Source: Candidatus Nanohaloarchaea archaeon
GTDB taxonomy: Archaea; Nanohalarchaeota; Nanosalinia; Nanosalinales; Nanosalinaceae
Direction of reading: 5' to 3'
Assembly (NCBI GenBank): GCA_042218325.1
Contig: JBDGRE010000016.1
Coordinates: 1-43,095 of the forward strand
DNA: 43,095 nucleotides
The notes below the pieces were generated by a model, which was given only the letters and a program-made list of their open reading frames with translations, made no database searches and was not told where the DNA came from. Positions 26,140 through 34,384 of the stretch are shown here, in pieces. Within the stretch, counting starts at the first letter, position 1; each line of letters opens with the position of its first letter. The position numbers and the translations under genes are program-made.

Positions 26140-27429
26140 ATGTTCGACAGGATAAAAGACTCCATAGAAAAGTTCTCCTCTCGCAGCGTCGCGGACAAAG
26201 AGGCGGTCGAGCAGCTGGTGAAAGACGTCCAGCGCGACCTCATACAGGCCGATGTCGATGTCTCCCTCGTCTCCGAGCTCAGTGACGAAGTACGGGAGGA
26301 AGCGCTGTCGGACGAGGCACCCTCCGGTCTTTCACGGAAGGAACACGTTCTCGAGATACTGTACAGCAGGTTGGAGGAACTGCTCGGGGACGAGGCCGAG
26401 ATAAGGGAAGAACCGCACGACATCCTGCTCTGCGGCCTTTACGGTGCGGGCAAGACCACTACCGCGGGAAAGCTCGCGGACTACTACAGGAAGCGCGGCT
26501 TCAAGGTCGGACTCGTGGCCGCAGACACCGACAGGCCCGCGGCCTTCGAACAGCTACAGCAGGTCGCGGAAGACGTCGACGCGGAGTTCTACGGCGAGAA
26601 AGACGCGGAGGACCCTGCCCGGGTGGTCGAGCAGGCGGAGAAAGAGCTTGACGTCGACATGCGTATCGTCGACTCCGCGGGCCGGAACTCGCTGGATTCT
26701 GACCTGAGAACCGAGCTGTCGGAGATATACTCCGTGATGGAGCCGGAAGAGGTCTACCTCGTGATGCCCGCGGACATCGGCCAGTCCGCGAAGGAACAGG
26801 CGGAGAAGTTCGACGACGCGGTCGGCATCACAGGCGTCATCGTCACGAAGATGGACTCCTCAGCGAAAGGAGGAGGAGCTCTCGTCGCCTGTGAGCATTC
26901 TGATGCGAAGGTCAAGTTCGTCGGTACCGGCGAGAAGATGGGCGACCTCGAGGAGTACGACCCGGTCGACTTCGTCTCCGACATAATGGGCCAGCCCGAC
27001 CTCGAATCGCTTCTCGAAAAAGTGGAACAGCTCGATACCGATCCTGAAGAGTTGCTGGAGGGAGAGTTCACGATGGAGGACTTCCAGAAGCAGATGGAAT
27101 CCGTGACCGGTTCCGGCATGATGGACGAGCTGATGCAGCAACTGCCGTTCTCGAAGGACAAGCTGCCCGACGACATCTCACAGATGACCGACGAGAAGAT
27201 AGGAAAGTACAGCGTGATTATAGACTCGATGACTGAAGAGGAAAAGAAGGATCCGTCGGTCATCAACAAGTCCCGCACCGGGCGGATAGTCGAGGGCTCA
27301 GGAACTTCCCGGGAGGAGGTCCGCGAACTTGTGAAGCATTTCCGGCAGACCAAGAACATGATGGACAAGTTCGACAAGAAGTCGATGAAGCGCGGCAACA
27401 TGCAGGACATGCTCGGCAAGCTGATGTAG
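26140..27429 (+). CDS. srp54: Signal recognition particle protein Srp54
   Basis: GL.G.GKTTT..KLA, DT.RPAA.EQL, DSAGR, TKMD.SAKGGGAL, M domain SMT.EE...P......R..RI..GSG. Confidence 0.97.
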   Translation: MFDRIKDSIEKFSSRSVADKEAVEQLVKDVQRDLIQADVDVSLVSELSDEVREEALSDEAPSGLSRKEHVLEILYSRLEELLGDEAEIREEPHDILLCGLYGAGKTTTAGKLADYYRKRGFKVGLVAADTDRPAAFEQLQQVAEDVDAEFYGEKDAEDPARVVEQAEKELDVDMRIVDSAGRNSLDSDLRTELSEIYSVMEPEEVYLVMPADIGQSAKEQAEKFDDAVGITGVIVTKMDSSAKGGGALVACEHSDAKVKFVGTGEKMGDLEEYDPVDFVSDIMGQPDLESLLEKVEQLDTDPEELLEGEFTMEDFQKQMESVTGSGMMDELMQQLPFSKDKLPDDISQMTDEKIGKYSVIIDSMTEEEKKDPSVINKSRTGRIVEGSGTSREEVRELVKHFRQTKNMMDKFDKKSMKRGNMQDMLGKLM

Positions 27430-27472
27430 ATATCTTGAGGCTTTATGAATTCGGAAATTCTAATTTAGCTAT

Positions 27473-27781
27473 ATGTATAATAATTTGGAGTATTCAGGAA
27501 AGCTGCTCGGTAATTATACTATCGCCTCTATATCAGGGATAGTTCTCATAGGCCTGCCAATAGCTATTATTGCGACACCTCGGTTCTCTATTTTCCAGTA
27601 CATGGCTCTTTCTATGGCTTTTGGCTCAGGAATGTATCTTGCGTTCAGGTCGGTGAAAAAGGAGATACGGGTACTGCCGGAGATGCTTCTTGCCCTTGTA
27701 CCTGTGATTTTAACTCCTATCGGTGGGGTATTGCTATCTCTTCCTATTTGGATAATCGGAGTCTTCAGGAACAGGCGCTAG
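27473..27781 (+). CDS. Hypothetical membrane protein, AT-richer than neighbours
   Basis: Three to four hydrophobic segments; CTAG stop overlap with the next gene. Confidence 0.65.
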   Translation: MYNNLEYSGKLLGNYTIASISGIVLIGLPIAIIATPRFSIFQYMALSMAFGSGMYLAFRSVKKEIRVLPEMLLALVPVILTPIGGVLLSLPIWIIGVFRNRR

Positions 27782-28068
27782 AGCTTGATTTCGTTTATCT
27801 TGCCCTGCAGCTCCTGGAGTTCTTCTTCGCTGTAGAACTTCTTCTTGCCTATACGGCGGTCGAACTGCTTCTCGACCTCGCGGAACTCCTCCTCTACCTC
27901 GGGATCGACCATCCCTATCCGTTCATGGAGCACGCCTGAAGAGACGCGGAGCGAGTCGAGCATCGAGTACCATTTCACCGGCAGGTTGAAATCCGCGCGG
28001 TGGAGCGCCCTCGTTACAGCTAAGAGGACGAAAAGTGTGTTCCGGTAAAACTTCTTTCGTGCTCTCAT
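27778..28068 (-). CDS. Hypothetical protein
   Basis: 96 aa ORF with acidic helical C-terminus. Confidence 0.65.
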   Translation of the reverse strand: MRARKKFYRNTLFVLLAVTRALHRADFNLPVKWYSMLDSLRVSSGVLHERIGMVDPEVEEEFREVEKQFDRRIGKKKFYSEEELQELQGKINEIKL

Positions 28069-28151
28069 CGCGGGCTCCCGAACGAGCCCTTCCCCCGCGT
28101 AAAAATCCTTGTCTCGACCAGTTTATAAAACTTCGAAACCCGGGCCTCGAT

Positions 28152-28691
28152 ATGATAGCAGCCATCTCCGACTCACACATCCCGAACAGGGCCGAGGAGA
28201 TACCGGAAGAGTTCCACGGGGAGATGGAAGAGGCCGAAACAGTGGTCCACTGCGGGGACTTCCAGAAGGAAGAGGTATACAGGGCGCTCGAAGAGAGATA
28301 CAGCGAGTTCTACGGCGTCAAGGGCAACGGCGACTTCTTCGAGCTCCCGTCCTCCGAAACCTTCGAGAAGTCAGGAATCAAGTTCGGGGTCTACCACGGC
28401 GCAGGCATAAACCCGAGAGGCCACCTGCCGACAGTCGTCGAGACAGCGGAAAAGCTCGGCGTCGACGTTCTCATAGCCGGCCACACTCACCAGCAGCGCG
28501 CAGTCGAGAGCGAGGGAAAGATAGTCCTCAACCCGGGCTCCTGCACAGGCGCCCGCGGCGGCTCGTATCCCGGTGGCAACCCGGAGATGATGACGGTAGG
28601 AGTGGAAGAAGGCGTGCTTCAGGCGAAGCTCATCGAGCTGGTCGACGGCGAAAAGATATCTGAGACAAAGCGGTTCGAGGTGGAACCGTGA
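28152..28691 (+). CDS. Metallophosphoesterase, YfcE/MJ0936/Vps29 family
   Basis: ISDSH, HCGD, V.GN.D, YHG, GHTH, LNPGS. Confidence 0.93.
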   Translation: MIAAISDSHIPNRAEEIPEEFHGEMEEAETVVHCGDFQKEEVYRALEERYSEFYGVKGNGDFFELPSSETFEKSGIKFGVYHGAGINPRGHLPTVVETAEKLGVDVLIAGHTHQQRAVESEGKIVLNPGSCTGARGGSYPGGNPEMMTVGVEEGVLQAKLIELVDGEKISETKRFEVEP

Positions 28692-29917
28692 ACGTAAGAG
28701 AGAAACGCGACGCGCTGCTGGAGGAAGACCTATGCGACCACTGTCTCGGCCGGCAGTTCGCACAGCTCGGGCACGGTCTGGAGAACTACGAGCGTGGGGC
28801 ACTGGCCCGGGAGATAGAGGAGCTGGATGAGGACGACTTCGTCCGCGAAAACATACCGGAGGACGCGTCGCCAGGCGGCAGCTGCGACGTTTGCAAGGGC
28901 GTGTTCGACGAGCTGGATGACTGGGTCGAGATGGTGGAGAACGCGTTCGATCGGCACGAACTCTCCACATTCCTTGTCGGTATCCGGCCGCCCGGAGAGG
29001 TCGTCGCCACGGAGGAAGAGCTCTGGGAGGAGTACGGCCTGGAGTGGACCGAGCCCATCAAGACCGAGCTTTCCCGGCTGATCGGCAAGCGCATCGAGCG
29101 CGATCTTGACATCGAGGTGAACTTTGAGCGGCCGGACATCATGGCTGTCGTCGACATGCAGGAGGGCAAGCAACGCGTCGAGCTACAGGTAAACTCCCTG
29201 CTGGTCTACGGCCAGTACAACAAGTATTCAAGAAACATACCGCAGACCGTCTGGCACTGCCGGAACTGCAGAGGAGGCGGGTGCGAGGAATGCGACTGGA
29301 CTGGCAAGCAGTACCAGGAATCGGTACAGGAGATCATACAGGAGCCGTTCATCCGCGAAACGAACGCCATCGAGGCCAAGTTCCACGGAGGCGGACGGGA
29401 AGACGTCGATGCGCGCTGCCTTGGCCGCAGAGAATTTGTTCTTGAGCTCGGGGAGCCGCTCAACAGGCACATCGACCTTGAAGAGCTGCAGGAAGAAGTC
29501 AACGAGTCGCAGGACAAGGTGGAGATCTTCGAGCTGCGGTTCGCGGAAAAGGACGAGATAGCCGAGATAAAACAGAAGCACGTCGACAAGAAGTACCGCG
29601 CAAAGGTTTCGCTGGAGGACGAGGTCGAGGACAGCGACCTCGAAAAGCTGGAGCAGCTCGTCGGCACCGTGAAGCAGCGGACGCCCGAAAGAGTGGAGCA
29701 CCGCCGCGCCGACAAGAAGCGGAAACGGGAGGTCTACAGCGTTTCATGGGAACGCACCGGCGAGAAAGAGATAGAGCTGGAGATAGAGGCCGAGGCGGGC
29801 ACCTACATCAAGGAGCTCATCCATGGTGACGAGGGCCGGACGCAGCCGAACGCCTCCGACCTGCTCGGGACACAGGCAGAAGTAGAGGAACTGGATGTTA
29901 TAGATATAGAAAAATAG
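28688..29917 (+). CDS. pus10: tRNA pseudouridine 54/55 synthase Pus10
   Basis: LCD.CLGRQFA, Y.K..R.IPQT.W.C, FHG.GREDVD, Q.TP.RV.HRRAD..R, GTYIKEL.HGD.GRT.P. Confidence 0.97.
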   Translation: MNVREKRDALLEEDLCDHCLGRQFAQLGHGLENYERGALAREIEELDEDDFVRENIPEDASPGGSCDVCKGVFDELDDWVEMVENAFDRHELSTFLVGIRPPGEVVATEEELWEEYGLEWTEPIKTELSRLIGKRIERDLDIEVNFERPDIMAVVDMQEGKQRVELQVNSLLVYGQYNKYSRNIPQTVWHCRNCRGGGCEECDWTGKQYQESVQEIIQEPFIRETNAIEAKFHGGGREDVDARCLGRREFVLELGEPLNRHIDLEELQEEVNESQDKVEIFELRFAEKDEIAEIKQKHVDKKYRAKVSLEDEVEDSDLEKLEQLVGTVKQRTPERVEHRRADKKRKREVYSVSWERTGEKEIELEIEAEAGTYIKELIHGDEGRTQPNASDLLGTQAEVEELDVIDIEK

Positions 29918-30181
29918 GAGAAGGAGGAAATCGCTAGAGTTCCTCGAGATACTGGTTCGCTCTCCGATCGAGGGTCCATCAGGTCGTGTATGGCTGCCGC
30001 GCCGTTCGCCCGGCTCCTGTGTTCTTTGTTTTCTTTATCGGTGTCCGCCTGTAGTATATCATTGCTCACGCTACTTTATAAAAGTGTTGTTACTGAAGAG
30101 TGGTGTAAGTGCTTTCTCCGGCGGCATTCCTGTTGGTTTAAAAAGGTTCCATCCGACCGACTACACAGGTGTAAAGGTAAA

Positions 30182-30472
30182 ATGGCACAGAAATCCAGCG
30201 GTTCCGCGCACGGTACCCGGCACAAGTTCGCCCGCAACCCAGACGATACTACCACTGTCAACGATCACATGAAGGAGTTCGAAGAAGGCGAGCAGGTGCT
30301 CATCAAGTATGACGCATCCGTGCAGTCCGGGCGTTCACACCAGCGTTTCTACGGGAAGAACGCTGAAGTCGCTGGTTTCCGTGGTGACGCCGTCGAACTT
30401 GAGGTCAAGGACGGCAACAAAGTGAAAACCCTGTTCCTGAAGCCGGTGCACCTGCAGAAGACGGAGGAATGA
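30182..30472 (+). CDS. rpl21e: 50S ribosomal protein L21e
   Basis: S.G...GTR.K, F..GE.V.I..D.SV..G..H.RF.G, DG.K.K.L...PVHL. Confidence 0.96.
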   Translation: MAQKSSGSAHGTRHKFARNPDDTTTVNDHMKEFEEGEQVLIKYDASVQSGRSHQRFYGKNAEVAGFRGDAVELEVKDGNKVKTLFLKPVHLQKTEE

Positions 30473-30813
30473 TCCAGATGGAGATAAAAGAAGAGGAACT
30501 GGTTTACCCGGTCGAGGCCCTCGAGGCCCTCGAAGAAAAAGACGAGGAAGAGATGACGCACGAGCAGAAGATCGCTCTCGAGACTCTCCAGAGACACTGC
30601 AAGGTCCGCGACCTCGACACGCTTGAAGAGCTCTACGAAGAACTCTCTGCTGTTGACTCGCTCAAGGACGTGCATATCTACAAGCTCTTGGAAGTCGTAC
30701 CGCAGCACGAATCGACCGTTCGCGCAGTTTTCTCGAAGGAACGGGTAAAACTTGAGGATTCCGAGGTCGAGCAGATACTGGATATCTGCCAGAGCATCGA
30801 GACCGAGGATTAG
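30469..30813 (+). CDS. rpoF: RNA polymerase subunit Rpo4 (RpoF)
   Basis: EQK.ALE.L, KL....P....VR.VF.KER; canonical position after rpl21e. Start may be ATG 30478. Confidence 0.93.
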   Translation: MIQMEIKEEELVYPVEALEALEEKDEEEMTHEQKIALETLQRHCKVRDLDTLEELYEELSAVDSLKDVHIYKLLEVVPQHESTVRAVFSKERVKLEDSEVEQILDICQSIETED

Positions 30814-30868
30814 AAAGGCTTATAACTTCCAGAACCGCTGGATTTCCATGCCTTCGTGGTGATAGATT

Positions 30869-31405
30869 ATGCCAGAAAAAGATGAATACATCAAGGTGCT
30901 CGACTTCCTGCAGCATGGCCGTGCTGGCGGCAAGGATGAACCGGTGGCCCAGGGTATAGGGACGGAGAATTTCAACCTGCTGGAGGTCGTAACCCGTGAA
31001 GACGAGCATCCGAAAGGCGGAGAAGAGCTCTACATCGGCGAAGGCGACCGCGAGAAAGTCAAATACATAAAGTCTCGTATCGACTACACCGACCTGACAG
31101 GCAACGCACAGGCCGAGCTGAAGTACGTTCTCAAGGAGCTTGTGCAGGAAAAGGAGGAAGAGTTCGTCGACTTCTTCAACGAATCCGGGCCCGTTACGCC
31201 CCGGAGGCACGCGCTCCAGCTCTTGCCCGGCGTCGGAGAAAAGCACATGCATACCATCCTTGACGAGCGCGATGAGGAAGCATTCGAGAGCTTCAAGGAT
31301 ATCAAGGAACGGGTTCCGGCTATCCCCGACCCTGGCCAGCTCATAATCGACCGCGTCATCGAAGAGCTGAAGGGAGAAACCAAGCAGAAGCTTTTCACCT
31401 CTTAA
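30869..31405 (+). CDS. DUF655 putative nucleic-acid-binding protein (OB fold plus HhH)
   Basis: VLDFL..G, Q.IG...F.LLE, FFN.SGP.T.R.H.L.LLPG.G.K, F.SF.DI.ERV. Confidence 0.93.
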   Translation: MPEKDEYIKVLDFLQHGRAGGKDEPVAQGIGTENFNLLEVVTREDEHPKGGEELYIGEGDREKVKYIKSRIDYTDLTGNAQAELKYVLKELVQEKEEEFVDFFNESGPVTPRRHALQLLPGVGEKHMHTILDERDEEAFESFKDIKERVPAIPDPGQLIIDRVIEELKGETKQKLFTS

Positions 31406-31406
31406 G

Positions 31407-32201
31407 ATGATAGAGCAGACTCTCAAGGAGCTGGGCATAAAGCCGGTCAAGGGGCAGAACTTCCTGGACTCGGAGCCTGTGGTCGAGGCCCTCGTCGAGG
31501 CAGGAGAGACGGAGGACGAGATAGTTCTCGAGATAGGAGCCGGTACAGGTCTCATAACTGCGAGTCTGGAGGAGAAGGCCGAGAAGGTCTACGCGCTCGA
31601 GACCGACACGAAGCTGTCCCGGCATCTTGAAGAACGGTTTCCCGGCGGGAAGGTCGAGGTGATGAACCATGATTTCCTCGACTACGATATCCCGGGGGAT
31701 GTCACGAGATGTGTCTCGAACCTGCCGTTCCAGATATCCTCGGATGCGGTCAGGAAGCTGGGCGAGGAACAGGTCCAGTCCGCGCTGATAGTGCAGGATG
31801 AACTCGCCGACAAAATGGTGGCCGAGCCCTCTACCGGAAAGTACGGTTTCTTCACGGTCATGGTGAACTACTTCTTCATACCGGTCAAGCTCAGGACCGT
31901 TTCACGTGAGAACTATCATCCGCAGCCGGAGGTCGACACCGCGATAGTGAAGCTGTACCCCAACAGGGAGCGACACGGCGTAAAAGACGAGGAGTGGTTC
32001 TTCAGGGTGGCGAAAGCGCTGTTCACCCATGACCGCAAGAAGGCCCGGAACGCGTTCGTCGACGCCCGGCACATCCTCGAAATCGAAAAGTCGCGTGCCA
32101 AAGAGCTACGTGACGAGATACCGCATTCAGAGAAAAGAGTCGTCAACCTGGAAGTCATCGAGATCGCTGAGATAGCGGAGTTCCTTTCCCGAGAGCTCTG
32201 A
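31407..32201 (+). CDS. ksgA: 16S rRNA adenine dimethyltransferase KsgA/RsmA/Dim1
   Basis: GQNFL, LEIG.G.G, SNLPFQISS, P.P.VD.A. Confidence 0.96.
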   Translation: MIEQTLKELGIKPVKGQNFLDSEPVVEALVEAGETEDEIVLEIGAGTGLITASLEEKAEKVYALETDTKLSRHLEERFPGGKVEVMNHDFLDYDIPGDVTRCVSNLPFQISSDAVRKLGEEQVQSALIVQDELADKMVAEPSTGKYGFFTVMVNYFFIPVKLRTVSRENYHPQPEVDTAIVKLYPNRERHGVKDEEWFFRVAKALFTHDRKKARNAFVDARHILEIEKSRAKELRDEIPHSEKRVVNLEVIEIAEIAEFLSREL

Positions 32202-32259
32202 ACTGTTCTTGGCTATCGAACACCGCCGGATATTTATTTGCTGTGCCGCTGTACTTGTT

Positions 32260-33840
32260 ATGCCGGAAGCCGGAGACACGAAATGGATTTTCGTCACCGG
32301 CGGGGTCCTTTCCGGTCTCGGGAAGGGACTTGTATCTTCTTCCATCTCGAAGCTCTTGCAGGACAGGAACCAGGAAGTCGTGCCGATAAAATGTGACGGC
32401 TACCTGAACGTGGACCCGGGAACAATGAACCCACACGAGCACGGCGAGGTGTTCGTGCTCGAGGACGGGACGGAGGTCGACATGGACTTCGGCCACTACG
32501 AAAGGTTCCTCGACGTGAAGGGGAAAGGCGACTGGAACCTCACATCCGGGAAGGTCTTCCAGGACGTCATAGACAAGGAACGCGAGGGAGACTACCTCGG
32601 GAAAACGGTCCAGATGGTTCCCCACGTAACCGAAGAGATAAAGGACTGGTGGCGGAGCGTTGCGGACGAAGAGGACGCGGACATCGTGATAGTCGAGATA
32701 GGAGGGACAGTCGGAGACATGGAGAACGAACTGTACCTGGAGGCCGCGAGACAGATGCGGTCGAACAAGGAGGAGGACGCGTTCCTCATACATACCACGC
32801 TTGTGCCATACCTTGAGACCACCGGCGAGCAGAAGACGAAGCCGACACAGCACTCCGTCAAGGACCTCAGGGAGCGAGGTCTCGCGCCGGACATGGTGGT
32901 CGGCCGGAGCAAAAAAGAACTGCAGGATTACGTCGTCGAGAAGATAGCACTGTTCTGCGACGTTCCGGAGGACGCGGTCATATCCGACCCGGACCTGGAT
33001 ACCGTCTACAGGATACCGCTGCTCTTTGACGAGCAGAACGTGGACTCGATAATAGCGGACGGACTTGACCTCCCGGAACGGGACAACGGCATAGAGGACT
33101 GGCGTGAACGCGTCGAAAACATAGTCTCGGAGCCTGTCGCCCGGGTCGCCATATGCGGCAAGTACACCGACATGGACGACTCATACGTGTCGGTAGAGGA
33201 GGCGCTGAAACACGCGGCCGCCGATATCGGCGGATCGGTCGAGATAGAGTATCTTTCCAGTGAAGATATCGACACCGGCCAGCTCGACCGTTTCGATGGA
33301 ATCGTGATACCGGGAGGATTCGGCTCCCGCGGCGTCGAGGGCAAGATGGACGCTATAGGTCACTGCCGCGAAAAAGGTATACCGGTACTCGGGCTGTGCT
33401 ACGGGCTCCAGCTCATGGTTGTAGAGTTCTCGAGAAACGTTCTCGGCCTCGGTGCGGCGTCGCAGGAGTTCGAGAGCGGCGAGGAGCACATGGTTATAGC
33501 GGAGCTACCGGAGCAGAAGGACTTCAAGGAGATGGGAGGAACTATGAGGCTCGGCGCATACGACGCGGATATAGAGGGCCAGGTGGCCGAGATCTATGGC
33601 TCCAGTACCGCCACGGAGAGACACCGGCACAGGTACGAGGTCGATCCCGCGTACCACGAAAGGCTTGAGCGGAACGGCCTCCATGTTTCAGGAAAGACCC
33701 GGGGAGGGAAGCTCGCGGAGTACGTCGAGCTCGAGGACCATCCTTTCTTCATCGGGACGCAGGCCCACCCGGAGTTCACGTCACGTTTCCAGTCGCCAAA
33801 TCCGCTCTACCTTGCCTTCATCGAAAGCTGCGCGGAATGA
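32260..33840 (+). CDS. pyrG: CTP synthase
   Basis: FVTGGVLSGLGKG, YLNVDPGTMNP..HGEVFV, KTKPTQHSV, GLCYGLQ, ERHRHRYE, QAHPE. Confidence 0.98.
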   Translation: MPEAGDTKWIFVTGGVLSGLGKGLVSSSISKLLQDRNQEVVPIKCDGYLNVDPGTMNPHEHGEVFVLEDGTEVDMDFGHYERFLDVKGKGDWNLTSGKVFQDVIDKEREGDYLGKTVQMVPHVTEEIKDWWRSVADEEDADIVIVEIGGTVGDMENELYLEAARQMRSNKEEDAFLIHTTLVPYLETTGEQKTKPTQHSVKDLRERGLAPDMVVGRSKKELQDYVVEKIALFCDVPEDAVISDPDLDTVYRIPLLFDEQNVDSIIADGLDLPERDNGIEDWRERVENIVSEPVARVAICGKYTDMDDSYVSVEEALKHAAADIGGSVEIEYLSSEDIDTGQLDRFDGIVIPGGFGSRGVEGKMDAIGHCREKGIPVLGLCYGLQLMVVEFSRNVLGLGAASQEFESGEEHMVIAELPEQKDFKEMGGTMRLGAYDADIEGQVAEIYGSSTATERHRHRYEVDPAYHERLERNGLHVSGKTRGGKLAEYVELEDHPFFIGTQAHPEFTSRFQSPNPLYLAFIESCAE

Positions 33841-34352
33841 CTTACCAGCCGCGCGAGGACTCGCTCTTCCTCAAAGAGTGGCTGGAAGAGCAGGACCTCG
33901 AGGGGAAGAGACTCCTTGACATGGGGACAGGATCAGGCATCCTCGCAGTCACCTCGGCCAAGAAAGGCGCGGAGGTCACCGCTGTCGACGTGGACCCGGA
34001 GGCCCTGGATGACGCGAGAGATCACGTACGGCAGCAGGAGGTGCATGAACGTATAACTTTCGTGGAGAGCGACCAGTTCGAACAGGTAACGGGACGGTTC
34101 GATATCGTCGTCTTCAACCCGCCGTATCTCCAGGGTGAAGAACACCTCGCACTCGAAGGTGGGAAGGGAGGGGTCGAACTGACGGAGAGGTTCCTCGAGG
34201 AGGTCGATGACCATCTACGGGATAACGGACAGGCGGTGTTCATCGCGAGTTCGCGCTCCGATGTCGAGAAGCTCAGGCAGGGGTTCGAGCTGGAACTGCT
34301 CGATGACCGAAAAATGTGGTTTGAGACGTTGTACCTGTTCAAAAGTGAGTAG
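33837..34352 (+). CDS. HemK/PrmC-like (HemK2/Mtq2) glutamine methyltransferase
   Basis: Y.P.EDS..L, LDMGTGSG, FNPPYL, GG..G, FE.L. Confidence 0.9.
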   Translation: MTYQPREDSLFLKEWLEEQDLEGKRLLDMGTGSGILAVTSAKKGAEVTAVDVDPEALDDARDHVRQQEVHERITFVESDQFEQVTGRFDIVVFNPPYLQGEEHLALEGGKGGVELTERFLEEVDDHLRDNGQAVFIASSRSDVEKLRQGFELELLDDRKMWFETLYLFKSE

Positions 34353-34384
34353 CTTTTTATAGTCGGACTCCAAACTTTCCCGAT

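Noticed and set aside
28072-28089. GGGCTC-N6-GAGCCC hairpin before the 27778-28068 gene
   Set aside because: A 6-bp GC-rich stem is expected by chance; no U-tract or recurrence seen.
29981-29999. Resemblance to the 16S helix-34 sequence (GTGCATGGC.G.CG)
   Set aside because: Short, with several mismatches, and compared from memory; compatible with chance.
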